A stretch of 64,000 bases of DNA from Dehalococcoidia bacterium (GTDB lineage Bacteria > Chloroflexota > Dehalococcoidia > Lucifugimonadales > UBA3495), in the NCBI GenBank assembly GCA_965249145.1, contig OZ252223.1, forward strand, positions 2,323,881-2,387,880. The letters are read 5' to 3'. A program made the position numbers and the translations under genes. Shown one piece after another: positions 19,052 through 27,529 of this stretch. The notes under the pieces were generated by a model. That model was not told where the DNA came from. It was given only the letters and a program-made list of their open reading frames with translations, and did not search any database. The first letter of the stretch is position 1; the number at the start of each line of letters is the position of its first letter.

Positions 19052-19690
19052 ATGGCGCTGCACTACGACGGTGAAGTAAAAATCATCAAGGTCAACATGG
19101 GGCCCTTCAACAATAACGGCTACATCGTGTCCTGCCCCGAAACCAACGAGGGGATTCTGATCGACACCCCGGCCGAGCCGGAGTTGCTCTTGGGCGAGAT
19201 CGGAGACGTCGACATCAAGGCGGTCCTGATTACCCACAACCACCAAGACCACTTGCTGGGCTTCGACGAGATTACCGGAGCAGTGGACGCACCGGTGGGC
19301 ATCGGCCCCTTGGACGCTTCGGCCCTGCCTCGGACCCCGGACATCGACCTTATCGACGGACAGCCAGTGAGGTTCGGCAACCTCGAACTCCAGATGCTAC
19401 ATACCCCCGGTCACACCGACGGTGCGACCTGCTTCCTGGTGGGTAAGCACCTGTTCTCCGGCGATACCCTCTTCCCCGGCGGGCCCGGCCGGACCCGCAG
19501 TCCGGAGGCGTTGACCCAGATCATCGGCAGCATCACCAGCAAGCTGCTCACGCTGCCCGACGACACCGCCGTCTACCCTGGCCACGGCATCGACACGACG
19601 ATCGGCGAGGCCCGCTCTCAGTACCAGGTATTCGCTTCGAAGTCCCACCCGGCAGACCTTCAAGGCGACGTTGAATGGCTGAAGAGTTAG
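19052..19690 (+). CDS. MBL-fold metallo-hydrolase (glyoxalase II-like)
   Basis: 212-aa ORF with THNHQDHLLG (HxHxDH), HTPGHTDG and a later PGHG. Confidence 0.85.
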   Translation: MALHYDGEVKIIKVNMGPFNNNGYIVSCPETNEGILIDTPAEPELLLGEIGDVDIKAVLITHNHQDHLLGFDEITGAVDAPVGIGPLDASALPRTPDIDLIDGQPVRFGNLELQMLHTPGHTDGATCFLVGKHLFSGDTLFPGGPGRTRSPEALTQIIGSITSKLLTLPDDTAVYPGHGIDTTIGEARSQYQVFASKSHPADLQGDVEWLKS

Positions 19691-19692
19691 GC

Positions 19693-20955
19693 ATGTACCA
19701 GCGCTCGGTCCTCAGCAATAAGCTACGGGTTCTAACATCGACGATGGCCCACACCCAGTCGGTGTCCATCGTCATCTGCGTCGGGGCCGGTTCCCGTTAT
19801 GAGTCCGACGAGTTGGCCGGCGTTTCCCATTTCATAGAGCATCTGCCGTTCAAGGGGACGGAGCACTGGCCCACCGCCCGAGACGTCAGCGAGGCCATCG
19901 AGGGCGTGGGCGGCATCATGAATGCCAGCACCGACCGGGAGACCACGGTCTTCTGGTGCAAGATCGCCCGCCCTCACTTCGAGATGGCTTTCCGGGTGCT
20001 GATGGACATGATCATCAACCCGGTGTTGGACCCGGAGGAGGTGGAGAAAGAGCGGGAAGTGATCCAGGAAGAGCTTCGGATGTCTTACGACAACCCCAGC
20101 TACCGGGTCGATCTCCTAATCGACGAGGCGATGTGGCCCGATCAAGCGATGGGCCGCGACGTCGGCGGCACTCCCGAGACGGTGGCCGCCATCCAGCAGG
20201 CCACCATCCGCGACTACATGCGCCAGCAGTACAACCCGGCCAACACCGTGGTGGCCGTGGCGGGCAACGTGACCCACGAGGAGGTCGGCAACCTGCTGGA
20301 GGACGTAACCCAAGGTTGGCGGCCCCAGGAGGCGCTGGATTGGGAGCGGGTCCGGGACGGTTACCAGGGTCCGGTGGTGAAGGTGGAACGCCGCCGGAGC
20401 GACCAGTCGCACCTGTGCCTGGCCATGCCCGGCCTGCCCTTAGACCACGAGGACCGCTACGCACTGTACTTGCTCAACGTCATCTTGGGCGACGGCATGA
20501 GCTCCCGCCTGTTCCTAAACCTCCGGGAGACCCAGAGCCTGGCTTACGACGTCAGCAGTTCCATCAGCCACTTCCTCGACTGTGGTTCGATGGTAATCTA
20601 CTGCGGCGTGGAGCCCCGGAAGACCAACGGTGCAGTGCGCGCCATTGTCGCAGAGCTGGACGGCATGCGCTACGTAGCCGAGGAGCGTGAACTGACCAAG
20701 GCCAAAGAGTATGCCAAAGGCCGCATGCTGCTAAGAATGGAGGATACCCGGGCCGTGGCGTCGTGGATGGGTGGCCAAGAGCTGCTCCAAGGGCAGGTGC
20801 TCACGGCCGAGCAGGTCGTAGAGCGAATCGACGCCGTCGAAGCCGCCGAGGTAGCCCGCGTGGCCTCCGACCTGTTCGAGACCGACAAGCTGCGCCTCGC
20901 GGTGGTCGGCCCTCAAGGCGGAGTGAAGACGCTAACCGGGCTGTTGAGCTTGTAG
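19693..20955 (+). CDS. M16 family (pitrilysin/insulinase-like) metallopeptidase
   Basis: ORF 19675..20955. Inverted zinc motif HFIEHLPFKGT (HxxEH). ATG 19693 (MYQRSVLSNKLRV) fits the usual family N-terminus. Confidence 0.85.
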   Translation: MYQRSVLSNKLRVLTSTMAHTQSVSIVICVGAGSRYESDELAGVSHFIEHLPFKGTEHWPTARDVSEAIEGVGGIMNASTDRETTVFWCKIARPHFEMAFRVLMDMIINPVLDPEEVEKEREVIQEELRMSYDNPSYRVDLLIDEAMWPDQAMGRDVGGTPETVAAIQQATIRDYMRQQYNPANTVVAVAGNVTHEEVGNLLEDVTQGWRPQEALDWERVRDGYQGPVVKVERRRSDQSHLCLAMPGLPLDHEDRYALYLLNVILGDGMSSRLFLNLRETQSLAYDVSSSISHFLDCGSMVIYCGVEPRKTNGAVRAIVAELDGMRYVAEERELTKAKEYAKGRMLLRMEDTRAVASWMGGQELLQGQVLTAEQVVERIDAVEAAEVARVASDLFETDKLRLAVVGPQGGVKTLTGLLSL

Positions 20956-20996
20956 GACTGCGCCGGACCACTCCGGCTGAGACGCCAACGAAACCC

Positions 20997-21024
20997 GTAG
21001 GGGTGCCTCCCGAGGCGCCCCTAC
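20997..21024. terminator. hairpin between convergent genes
   Basis: GTAGGGGTGCC-TCCCGA-GGCGCCCCTAC: 11-bp stem with one mismatch. No clear U-tract. Confidence 0.3.
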
Positions 21025-21071
21025 GCACATCTACCCCAGACTCTGTGCCCTCACGTTTACCACCGATGCTG

Positions 21072-21482
21072 CTAGCGGTTCCTCCGCCTGCGCGGTCGTC
21101 GGCGCGCTCGGGCAGCACGCGGTCCTTCGGGCTCGACCGGTCTGGCGGTCCCGGCCTCCGGCGTTGCTTCGTCTTGGGAGGGCGGCGGGCCGTGCTGGGC
21201 CATGTGGGCCTGCCACTGCACCTGGGTCAACAGGGTCAGCATCACGCCCGGAATGAATATCACGAGGTTCTGCCAGTTGCCTTGGCGATAACCCCAGTTG
21301 AATGCCAACACCACGATGGCCGCCAACAGAAACCAAGCGAACCCGCCGACCAGCACGTTGCTGTTCCAAGGCGAGCGAAGGGTGAGCACCGACCACACCG
21401 GCGGAAAGATGAAGAACGCAACGTAGAACTCGGGCCGGTAGAACCAGGGTCGAGGGTAGTTGTCCAGTGGGTCGTCTTGCAT
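21072..21482 (-). CDS. small membrane protein
   Basis: C-terminal 136 aa of ORF 21072..21857, from ATG 21482 (MQDDPLDNYPRPWFY...). Three hydrophobic spans and an Arg-rich tail. Confidence 0.5.
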   Translation of the reverse strand: MQDDPLDNYPRPWFYRPEFYVAFFIFPPVWSVLTLRSPWNSNVLVGGFAWFLLAAIVVLAFNWGYRQGNWQNLVIFIPGVMLTLLTQVQWQAHMAQHGPPPSQDEATPEAGTARPVEPEGPRAARARRRPRRRRNR

Positions 21483-21516
21483 CGGGCGGAGCGGCTGTCT
21501 ACGGAGCTTGGCGGAG

Positions 21517-21780
21517 TTAGTTGCGGGCCAAGACCATGTGGAACTCGATGGGGCTGATGGGCCGCTGGCGGCGGATCGATTCCACCGCGTATTCCACGCA
21601 CATGCGGGCGAAACCGGCATAATCGAAGATGTTGCGGCCCAAGACCACCAAGGGCACTTCCCGCCCGAACTCAACCTCCAGCCGGCTTGGATTGTCGTCG
21701 TCGATCCGCACGTCAACGGTGCGTCCGGTGAGGCGTTCGATCTTCTCGTGGATGCGGTCGATGAATTTTTGGTCGTCCAA
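21517..21780 (-). CDS. hypothetical small protein (87 aa)
   Basis: ORF with a TTG start and AGGAG 11 nt upstream. Lies 13 nt downstream of the HNH gene. No family recognised. Confidence 0.45.
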   Translation of the reverse strand: MDDQKFIDRIHEKIERLTGRTVDVRIDDDNPSRLEVEFGREVPLVVLGRNIFDYAGFARMCVEYAVESIRRQRPISPIEFHMVLARN

Positions 21781-21793
21781 CGGACTCTAACTC

Positions 21794-22138
21794 CTAACGG
21801 CGGTGGTTGGCTCGGCGCACCCGGAAGTTTGCCGCGCCCTTCTGCCGACGGGCCCACTTCAAGTAGCCGGCGACTTCAGGATTGGCCCGCAAGCTGGCCA
21901 AGGAGTTCAGCTCCTTGGCCAAGGTGCTTTCGGAGAACATTGCGTGCAACTGCCGGTGGCAGGTCGGGCACAGGCGGGCCTTGGGGCCGGACTTGCCGCC
22001 GCGGGACCGGGGAACCAGATGGTGCTCGGTGAACCTAACCGAGTCGCGTCCGCAAAGCTCGCAGACGCCCCTGTCTTCTCCCTTCGGGCCGGCATGGGGG
22101 ATTTCGCCGGTGTCGCACCTGCCCGTGCCTTGTGCCAA
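21794..22138 (-). CDS. HNH endonuclease
   Basis: 114-aa ORF. CELCG...EHHLVPRSRGG...CPTCHRQLH is a CxxC...HH...CxxC-H HNH/zinc finger core. Confidence 0.75.
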   Translation of the reverse strand: MAQGTGRCDTGEIPHAGPKGEDRGVCELCGRDSVRFTEHHLVPRSRGGKSGPKARLCPTCHRQLHAMFSESTLAKELNSLASLRANPEVAGYLKWARRQKGAANFRVRRANHRR

Positions 22139-22142
22139 CGTG

Positions 22143-22634
22143 CTAGGTACCCTGTCCTTCTTCCGGGACTTCCAGGAATCGCCAGCCCGGAAGGTCGATC
22201 TTCCAATCGCCGTCCTCCCACAGCATAGGGAGGATTAAGCCGTTCATGGCCCGGCCCCGGCGGACTTCGGTGGTGTCTTCTTTCATGCCGAAGGGCAGAA
22301 AGGCGAAGGCGTGCTCGTCGTCAACGTAGCTGGTGGGCGAGATGCCCAGGTCGGTCAGGTCCTCGAGGGGCCAAAGGCGCAGCACGGTGGAGCGGAAATC
22401 CTCCAGCATCGAGGCGCGCATCGGGTGGTCGGCGTTATATCCGGCTCGATAGGCTTGCTGCATGTCGACACGGTAGCGGGTAGACCATACGCCCATGCGC
22501 ATCCCCCGTGTCTCTTTGGACAGCATCGACCAAGCCAGGTCCATTTCGCCGTCCCGCACCGCCTCGGCAAAGATGCCCGCGCGGGCGCCACATTCATCGG
22601 GAAAGGGACTCCGCTTATCGCCCGGTATGCGCAT
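22143..22634 (-). CDS. hypothetical protein (163 aa)
   Basis: Part of ORF 22143..22868, from ATG 22634 (MRIPGDK). The upstream remainder overlaps the GGT gene. No family recognised. Confidence 0.45.
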   Translation of the reverse strand: MRIPGDKRSPFPDECGARAGIFAEAVRDGEMDLAWSMLSKETRGMRMGVWSTRYRVDMQQAYRAGYNADHPMRASMLEDFRSTVLRLWPLEDLTDLGISPTSYVDDEHAFAFLPFGMKEDTTEVRRGRAMNGLILPMLWEDGDWKIDLPGWRFLEVPEEGQGT

Positions 22635-22669
22635 TAACTCACCTTTCCCTTTGCCAGGGGGTGGACTGG

Positions 22670-24388
22670 CTACCAGCCGACTGCATAACCGTCTCGACGG
22701 GGGTCGGCGGCCCCTTGCAGCACCCCTGATTCCGGGTCCGCCTGAATCATCATCTCGCTGCCCGACGCGCCCCAAGGGTGCATCACGTCCAGTTGGTGGC
22801 CCCGGCGTTGCAACTCGCTTCGTACTTCGGGACCGAAGCGCGACTCCATGTAGAGCAGGTTGTCGCACTCGTGAGGGATGTTGGACTCGGTGGGGCTATG
22901 GGTGTTGCGCCAGCGTGGCGCCTCCACCGCCTCGGCCACCGTCATGCCGAAGTCGACGACGTGAGTAATGACCTGCATGTTCGTCTGCACTTGGGTATCG
23001 GCGCCGGGGGTGCCGCAGACCAAGAACAGGCCGCCAGCGGGAGCATGCCCGTTGCCGCCGGAGCTGGCGCCTCGGAACACCATCACCGGATTCATCGTGT
23101 GCCGCACCCGCTTTCCTGGTTGCAGGCAGTCCACGTGGTGGGGGTTGAGATGCCAGTAGGTCATCCGGTTGTTGAGCAACACCCCGGTGTCGCCAGCGAC
23201 GACGCTGGAGCCCAGGGAACTCTGGATACTCTGGAGTTGACAGACCGCGTTGCCCCAGCGGTCCACCACCACGAAGCAGGTGGTGTCCTCTTCCTGGACT
23301 GAAGCCCCGACTTTGGTCTTGGGCCGGCGGTTTCCGGGTTGGTGGCTCCAAGGGTCGCCCTGTCGGACGTCGGTAGCTGCGCGTTGCGGACCGATGAGGG
23401 CGACTCGCTCCTTGGCGTAGGACTTGGAGACCAGGCCGCCGATGGGAACGTCGACCCAGTCGGGGTCGGCCATGTAGGCCTCCCGGTCGGCGAAGGCCAG
23501 CTTCTTGGCCTCCACCATCAGGTGGATGCTATCCGCGGTGTTGCAACCCAGCCCCGGAATATCGAATTGCTCGATTAGGTTCAGCTCTTGGAGCAGCACA
23601 TGGCCGCTCGAGTTGGGCGGGGCCTCATAGACCGTGTGGCCCCGGTAGGTGGTGGAGATGGGCGCTTCCCATCGGGAACGGCAATCGGCGAAGTCTTTCA
23701 TCGAAAGAAGGCCGCCCTGCTCGTTGCTGAACCGGACCATTTCTTCCGCCACCGGCCCTTCGTAGAAGGCGTCACGGCCGCCCTCGACGATAGCCTTGAA
23801 GGTTCGGGCCAAGTCCTTTTGGAAGATGATTTCGCCCGCCTTCAGCCCTTGGCCCTTGGGGGCGAATATCGCCTGCGACGTTGGGAACTGCTGAATCAGC
23901 GAATCCCCAGCGATAACTCCAGAGAGGACGTGGGTCACTGGGAAGCCGTTATCGGCCAGGTCCAGTGCCGGGTCGAAGACTTGGGCCAGCGAGAGGGAGC
24001 CGTACTTTGAGTGGGCTGCCATCCATCCGTCGAGCAACCCCGGCACCGAGACTGAGAGCACTCCCTTGGTGGGGATTCCCGTCGCCTGATAGCGTTCCAA
24101 CTCGGCGGCGTAGGGGGCTGCGCCGGTAGCATTGCAGACGTCGATGGTGCCAGCCTCCCGATTGTAGACCATGATGTAGCCGTCGCCGCCGATGCCCGAC
24201 ATATTGGGCTCGACCACGTTCAGCGCGGCAGCGGTGGCGATGGCGGCGTCGACAGCGTTGCCGCCTTTTTGCAGCACGGCCATCCCGGCTTGGGAGGCCA
24301 GTGGGTGGCCGGAGCAGACCATGCCGTTCCGCCCCATGACCACCGGCCGGTTGGACTCAAAGGTTATCCCATGGGGAGTGGTCGTCAT
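22670..24388 (-). CDS. ggt: gamma-glutamyltransferase family protein
   Basis: 572-aa ORF. GGDGYIMV, the autoprocessing/catalytic-Thr context EEDTTCFVVVD, and GADTQVQT. AGGAG RBS. Confidence 0.88.
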   Translation of the reverse strand: MTTTPHGITFESNRPVVMGRNGMVCSGHPLASQAGMAVLQKGGNAVDAAIATAAALNVVEPNMSGIGGDGYIMVYNREAGTIDVCNATGAAPYAAELERYQATGIPTKGVLSVSVPGLLDGWMAAHSKYGSLSLAQVFDPALDLADNGFPVTHVLSGVIAGDSLIQQFPTSQAIFAPKGQGLKAGEIIFQKDLARTFKAIVEGGRDAFYEGPVAEEMVRFSNEQGGLLSMKDFADCRSRWEAPISTTYRGHTVYEAPPNSSGHVLLQELNLIEQFDIPGLGCNTADSIHLMVEAKKLAFADREAYMADPDWVDVPIGGLVSKSYAKERVALIGPQRAATDVRQGDPWSHQPGNRRPKTKVGASVQEEDTTCFVVVDRWGNAVCQLQSIQSSLGSSVVAGDTGVLLNNRMTYWHLNPHHVDCLQPGKRVRHTMNPVMVFRGASSGGNGHAPAGGLFLVCGTPGADTQVQTNMQVITHVVDFGMTVAEAVEAPRWRNTHSPTESNIPHECDNLLYMESRFGPEVRSELQRRGHQLDVMHPWGASGSEMMIQADPESGVLQGAADPRRDGYAVGW

Positions 24389-24455
24389 TGGTTTGCTCCT
24401 ATGCCTTCATTTAGCAAGAACGTCACTGAGGCGGGACCGCAAGCTATCCGATGCA

Positions 24456-24782
24456 CTAGGCTCTTGTCGCCCCTAAACGACACCCAGCGAGATTCAACCC
24501 GCCCTGTATCTGGTCTATGGCGTCTGAGACATCAGCGCTTTGTCCGCCCTTCAACTCAGCAGCGCATAGGAAATTCCCTAAGGATTGGCCCAGGATGATT
24601 CGGTCACACAGCTTGCCCTGCCACGAGTGGTTGGCCTGATAGTTGGTCCCGTTAAGTCCATCGAGTCCCGAAGGCCCTAATCCCCCCACATCCAACCGGC
24701 AGCCATTTTCTACGTACGAACTAGTAACGCAACAGTCGTGATGGTTCTTGCGTATTTTTTCCAGTACAGGATCCGGGTTCAT
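24456..24782 (-). CDS. small partner protein with a D...E-x-K (PD-(D/E)xK-like) motif
   Basis: 108-aa ORF overlapping the ATPase stop by 4 nt. It carries CDRIILGQSLGNFLCAAELKGG. The region is lower in GC. Confidence 0.5.
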   Translation of the reverse strand: MNPDPVLEKIRKNHHDCCVTSSYVENGCRLDVGGLGPSGLDGLNGTNYQANHSWQGKLCDRIILGQSLGNFLCAAELKGGQSADVSDAIDQIQGGLNLAGCRLGATRA

Positions 24783-26251
24783 TCCAGCCTGTTGTTTTGC
24801 AGGGCAATGGCCTGTTCGTACAGGTTTTCTGCTACTGGCAAGAACTCTTGGTCCTCAATTCCGACGTCGGACGCGACTGGCAAAGGATATATTACGCTAC
24901 CATTTAACGTATCGTGCATTCTGAACCCGTACGCTCCAACCCGATCAGGGCGTAGGCAATCATCGTCAGCCAGACCTAACTGCGAAGTAGTAGCTGTGTC
25001 TGCCTTGCTCATCCGCAGTAAGTTGTTGACCTGCTCGACGAAGTCTCCACTATGTGTGGTAACCAACATGCTGACACCAGCATTGACCAACCTAGCAATT
25101 CCGCGGGCCATTTGTAACTGCGTCGCAGGATGCATGTGGGATTCGGGTTCTTCGAAGATAAGAAGGTCTCCGGGATGGACCAGGTACTTTAGGAACAATA
25201 CCACCGGGGCCAATTCCGAAACCATAGAGGAGGTATGTTCGAGATTGAATTTGCCCGTGGGCGGTCCCGGATATCCTGGCAGGTACACGATTTCGGGGAG
25301 TGGCAGGCCGTCGGATTCGTCCAAATCAACGCTGCCGTGGAGAACGTTGATCTGGATGAAATGAATCGCATCCGCCAGTTCGTCGGGGATGCTTCGACGC
25401 CGGTCCATGGCAAGCAGGTTGCTTAAGAATTCGGCACTAATGCGGGGCAGTGTCGGGATGTTTATGCTTTCGAGACCGATTCGGCGTGATCGGCGAAGAA
25501 ACTCCGCTGCCAGAATCTTATGGCCCTGGGCGATCCCGGAACGGGCTGCCGGCAACAAATAACTGTCCGCAGGAAATCCCACAAGCGCATTGTCGCCAGC
25601 CGCAATTGATAGATCTTCCAAATAATCGCTCGCTAGATAGTGAGCGTATTCATGATTAGAAGGGTTAACCATTTCGGACAACTCGGAGCTAGGGGAGGGC
25701 ACTGGGAAGTCAGACATATCGAGGTCGAGCTTCACCTGGGACTTTGGAGTCAGCTCTATGTCAAAGTCTAACAACGGCCGGTCTCTGCGGATAGCGAGCT
25801 TGAACTCTTCAGTTTTCCCATTCCTCGAGAATTCCGAATCCCTTCCATAAGTTTCGCGTAGTTGCCTTACGATATCGCTACGAATACCTTCCAACATTTG
25901 GCGCGTGGACTGCTCTAGGACAATTCGAATATCGTCCGGTAGCCTCTCTAATGTGACTTCCGGAAAGTCGGGTGGCTCGTCACCTAGGGCCCTGACCCAC
26001 TTGAAAACGCTTTCGATCAATAACGAATCCTCCGACGACATTCGGGGTCGTCGTGATCGGCGGGACCAGCGAGGGGGTAACAACATGCCGCGACGTGGAG
26101 CATTCCACCCGAATACCTGCATCGCCGCCCAGATAGCCGCCGCCATATAGGATTTGCCGGTATTGCTCGTGCCCACGAAAATAGTCAAAGGCTTTAATTC
26201 AACAGTGCCTTCAACAAGGGGGCCCAGATTTTTCGCCGAGACGGTGATCAT
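24779..26251 (-). CDS. ABC/SMC-like AAA ATPase (AAA_15/AAA_21 type, as in OLD/PtuA/AriA-like defence ATPases)
   Basis: 490-aa ORF. Walker A FVGTSNTGKS. Signature-like HTSSMVSELAP. Walker B LLIFEEPESHMHP. H-loop LVTTHS. Long helical insert between the halves. Confidence 0.8.
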   Translation of the reverse strand: MITVSAKNLGPLVEGTVELKPLTIFVGTSNTGKSYMAAAIWAAMQVFGWNAPRRGMLLPPRWSRRSRRPRMSSEDSLLIESVFKWVRALGDEPPDFPEVTLERLPDDIRIVLEQSTRQMLEGIRSDIVRQLRETYGRDSEFSRNGKTEEFKLAIRRDRPLLDFDIELTPKSQVKLDLDMSDFPVPSPSSELSEMVNPSNHEYAHYLASDYLEDLSIAAGDNALVGFPADSYLLPAARSGIAQGHKILAAEFLRRSRRIGLESINIPTLPRISAEFLSNLLAMDRRRSIPDELADAIHFIQINVLHGSVDLDESDGLPLPEIVYLPGYPGPPTGKFNLEHTSSMVSELAPVVLFLKYLVHPGDLLIFEEPESHMHPATQLQMARGIARLVNAGVSMLVTTHSGDFVEQVNNLLRMSKADTATTSQLGLADDDCLRPDRVGAYGFRMHDTLNGSVIYPLPVASDVGIEDQEFLPVAENLYEQAIALQNNRLE

Positions 26252-26372
26252 GAGCGGCAGGGGAATCCTTTGTCGAATTCTGAATTATGGGCGGGAGACG
26301 TTCGGGGCGTCAAGGACGGGCCCAATACGACCGCGTCCCGCTCCCGTCTCTTGCCGGGAAGGAGGGCAGCAC

Positions 26373-26404
26373 AAAAAGAGAGGCCCCGAAATTCGGGGCC
26401 TCTG
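26373..26404 (-). terminator. intrinsic terminator of the hesB-like gene
   Basis: The minus strand reads AGAGGCCCCGAATTTCGGGGCCTCT followed by CTTTTTGT, about 30 nt after the stop at 26432. Confidence 0.65.
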
Positions 26405-26431
26405 GTGCTAACAGGGTTTCCGTTGTTCGGC

Positions 26432-26809
26432 TTAGTGACCGCCGCAGCCGCCGCCACCACATCCACAACCACCGCCGCCGCCGGCGCCGCAACCGCAGCC
26501 CGAGCCGCATCCGCCAGCGCTGGCAAACAGCGGGTTGTTGATGACGAAGCCGACCTGGCCGCCGAAGTTCTCGACGTAGTCGATGGTCGCTTCTTCCAGG
26601 AAGGGGGCGCTGTCGGAGTCCATCAGGAAGGTGACGCCGTCCATTTTAAGTACGGTGTCGTCGTTCTGGGTCTCGTTCTCCATGGTCAGCATGTATTGCA
26701 GTCCACCGGTCTCGGCGGGCATGGCGACAACCCTGAGCGACCCGTCCTGCTCACCCTGTTCTTCCAAAACTTCCCTGAGCTTTTCGATGGCGAGCGTGGT
26801 AATTTCCAT
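26432..26809 (-). CDS. HesB/IscA-like Fe-S assembly accessory protein with a Gly/Cys-rich tail
   Basis: 125-aa ORF with AAGGAG RBS. IscA-like fold pattern (LRVVAMPAETGGLQYMLTM..., IDYVENFGGQVGFVINNP). C-terminus is ASAGGCGSGCGCGAGGGGGCGCGGGGCGGH. Confidence 0.7.
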   Translation of the reverse strand: MEITTLAIEKLREVLEEQGEQDGSLRVVAMPAETGGLQYMLTMENETQNDDTVLKMDGVTFLMDSDSAPFLEEATIDYVENFGGQVGFVINNPLFASAGGCGSGCGCGAGGGGGCGCGGGGCGGH

Positions 26810-26919
26810 TGTTTGTACGCTCCTTGGCGTTTTCTTAGCGCCGATGCCTCGGCGCTGGTTACTGCCCCTAAATTACCACGAAGAGGAAACTCCGGTCAAT
26901 GGTTCCTGACAGCGTAGCA

Positions 26920-26949
26920 TTGACACCTTCGAAAACCAATTCCTAGACT
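26920..26949 (+). promoter_or_regulatory. sigma70-like promoter candidate upstream of the prohead protease gene
   Basis: TTGACA (26920-26925), 18-nt spacer, TAGACT (26944-26949). About 90 nt before the ATG at 27041. Confidence 0.3.
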
Positions 26950-27040
26950 CAAATAACGTGGTCGTGCGGGCCAGGCCGCACCACCAAGCAGAAGGGGACG
27001 CACCCTCGGGCGCGTCCCCGTTCTTTTTAGTCGGAGGGAT

Positions 27041-27520
27041 ATGGAAAGGCAAAGTCCGGCGACATTCGTGATCTCCACCGACGAGGTCGACCGCCACGGC
27101 GACATCGTTACCGCCGACGGCTGGCGGCTGGAGGCATACCGCCGCAACCCGGTGGTGCTCTGGGCCCACGACTACCGGCGTCCTCCCATCGGCCGGGCTC
27201 TGGAGGTCTGGGCCGAACCCCACCGGTTGCTGGCCAGCCTCGAATTCGCTCCCGGCGCATTCGCCCAAGAGGTAGCCGAACTCTACCGCGCTGGCTTCCA
27301 GTGGGCCGTCTCTGTCGGCTTCCGGCCCTTGAAGTTCGAGCCGCGGCGCGACGAGAAGACCGGGTCGATTTTGGGCTTCCGGTTTTTGGAGCAGGAGTTG
27401 TTGGAAGTCAGCGCCGTTCCGGTGCCCGCCAACCGGAACGCCCTGCGCCGTTCGCCGGACCTGCCCTTGGAGGAACTGCTCGGAGTACTGAGGCAAGAGA
27501 CTCATACGCCAATTAAATAA
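27041..27520 (+). CDS. HK97 family phage prohead protease
   Basis: 159-aa ORF with GGAGGG RBS. FVISTDEVDRHGDIV, VVLWAHD (catalytic His context), VSVGF (Ser context), and LLEVSAVPVPAN. Confidence 0.85.
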   Translation: MERQSPATFVISTDEVDRHGDIVTADGWRLEAYRRNPVVLWAHDYRRPPIGRALEVWAEPHRLLASLEFAPGAFAQEVAELYRAGFQWAVSVGFRPLKFEPRRDEKTGSILGFRFLEQELLEVSAVPVPANRNALRRSPDLPLEELLGVLRQETHTPIK

Positions 27521-27529
27521 GGAGGCATT

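Noticed and set aside
21483-21857. N-terminal 125 aa of ORF 21072..21857, and the overlapping ORF 21260..21601.
   Set aside because: They overlap the better-supported 87-aa ORF and the HNH gene 3' end. They are Arg/Pro/Ser-rich. The membrane-protein part begins at the internal ATG at 21482.
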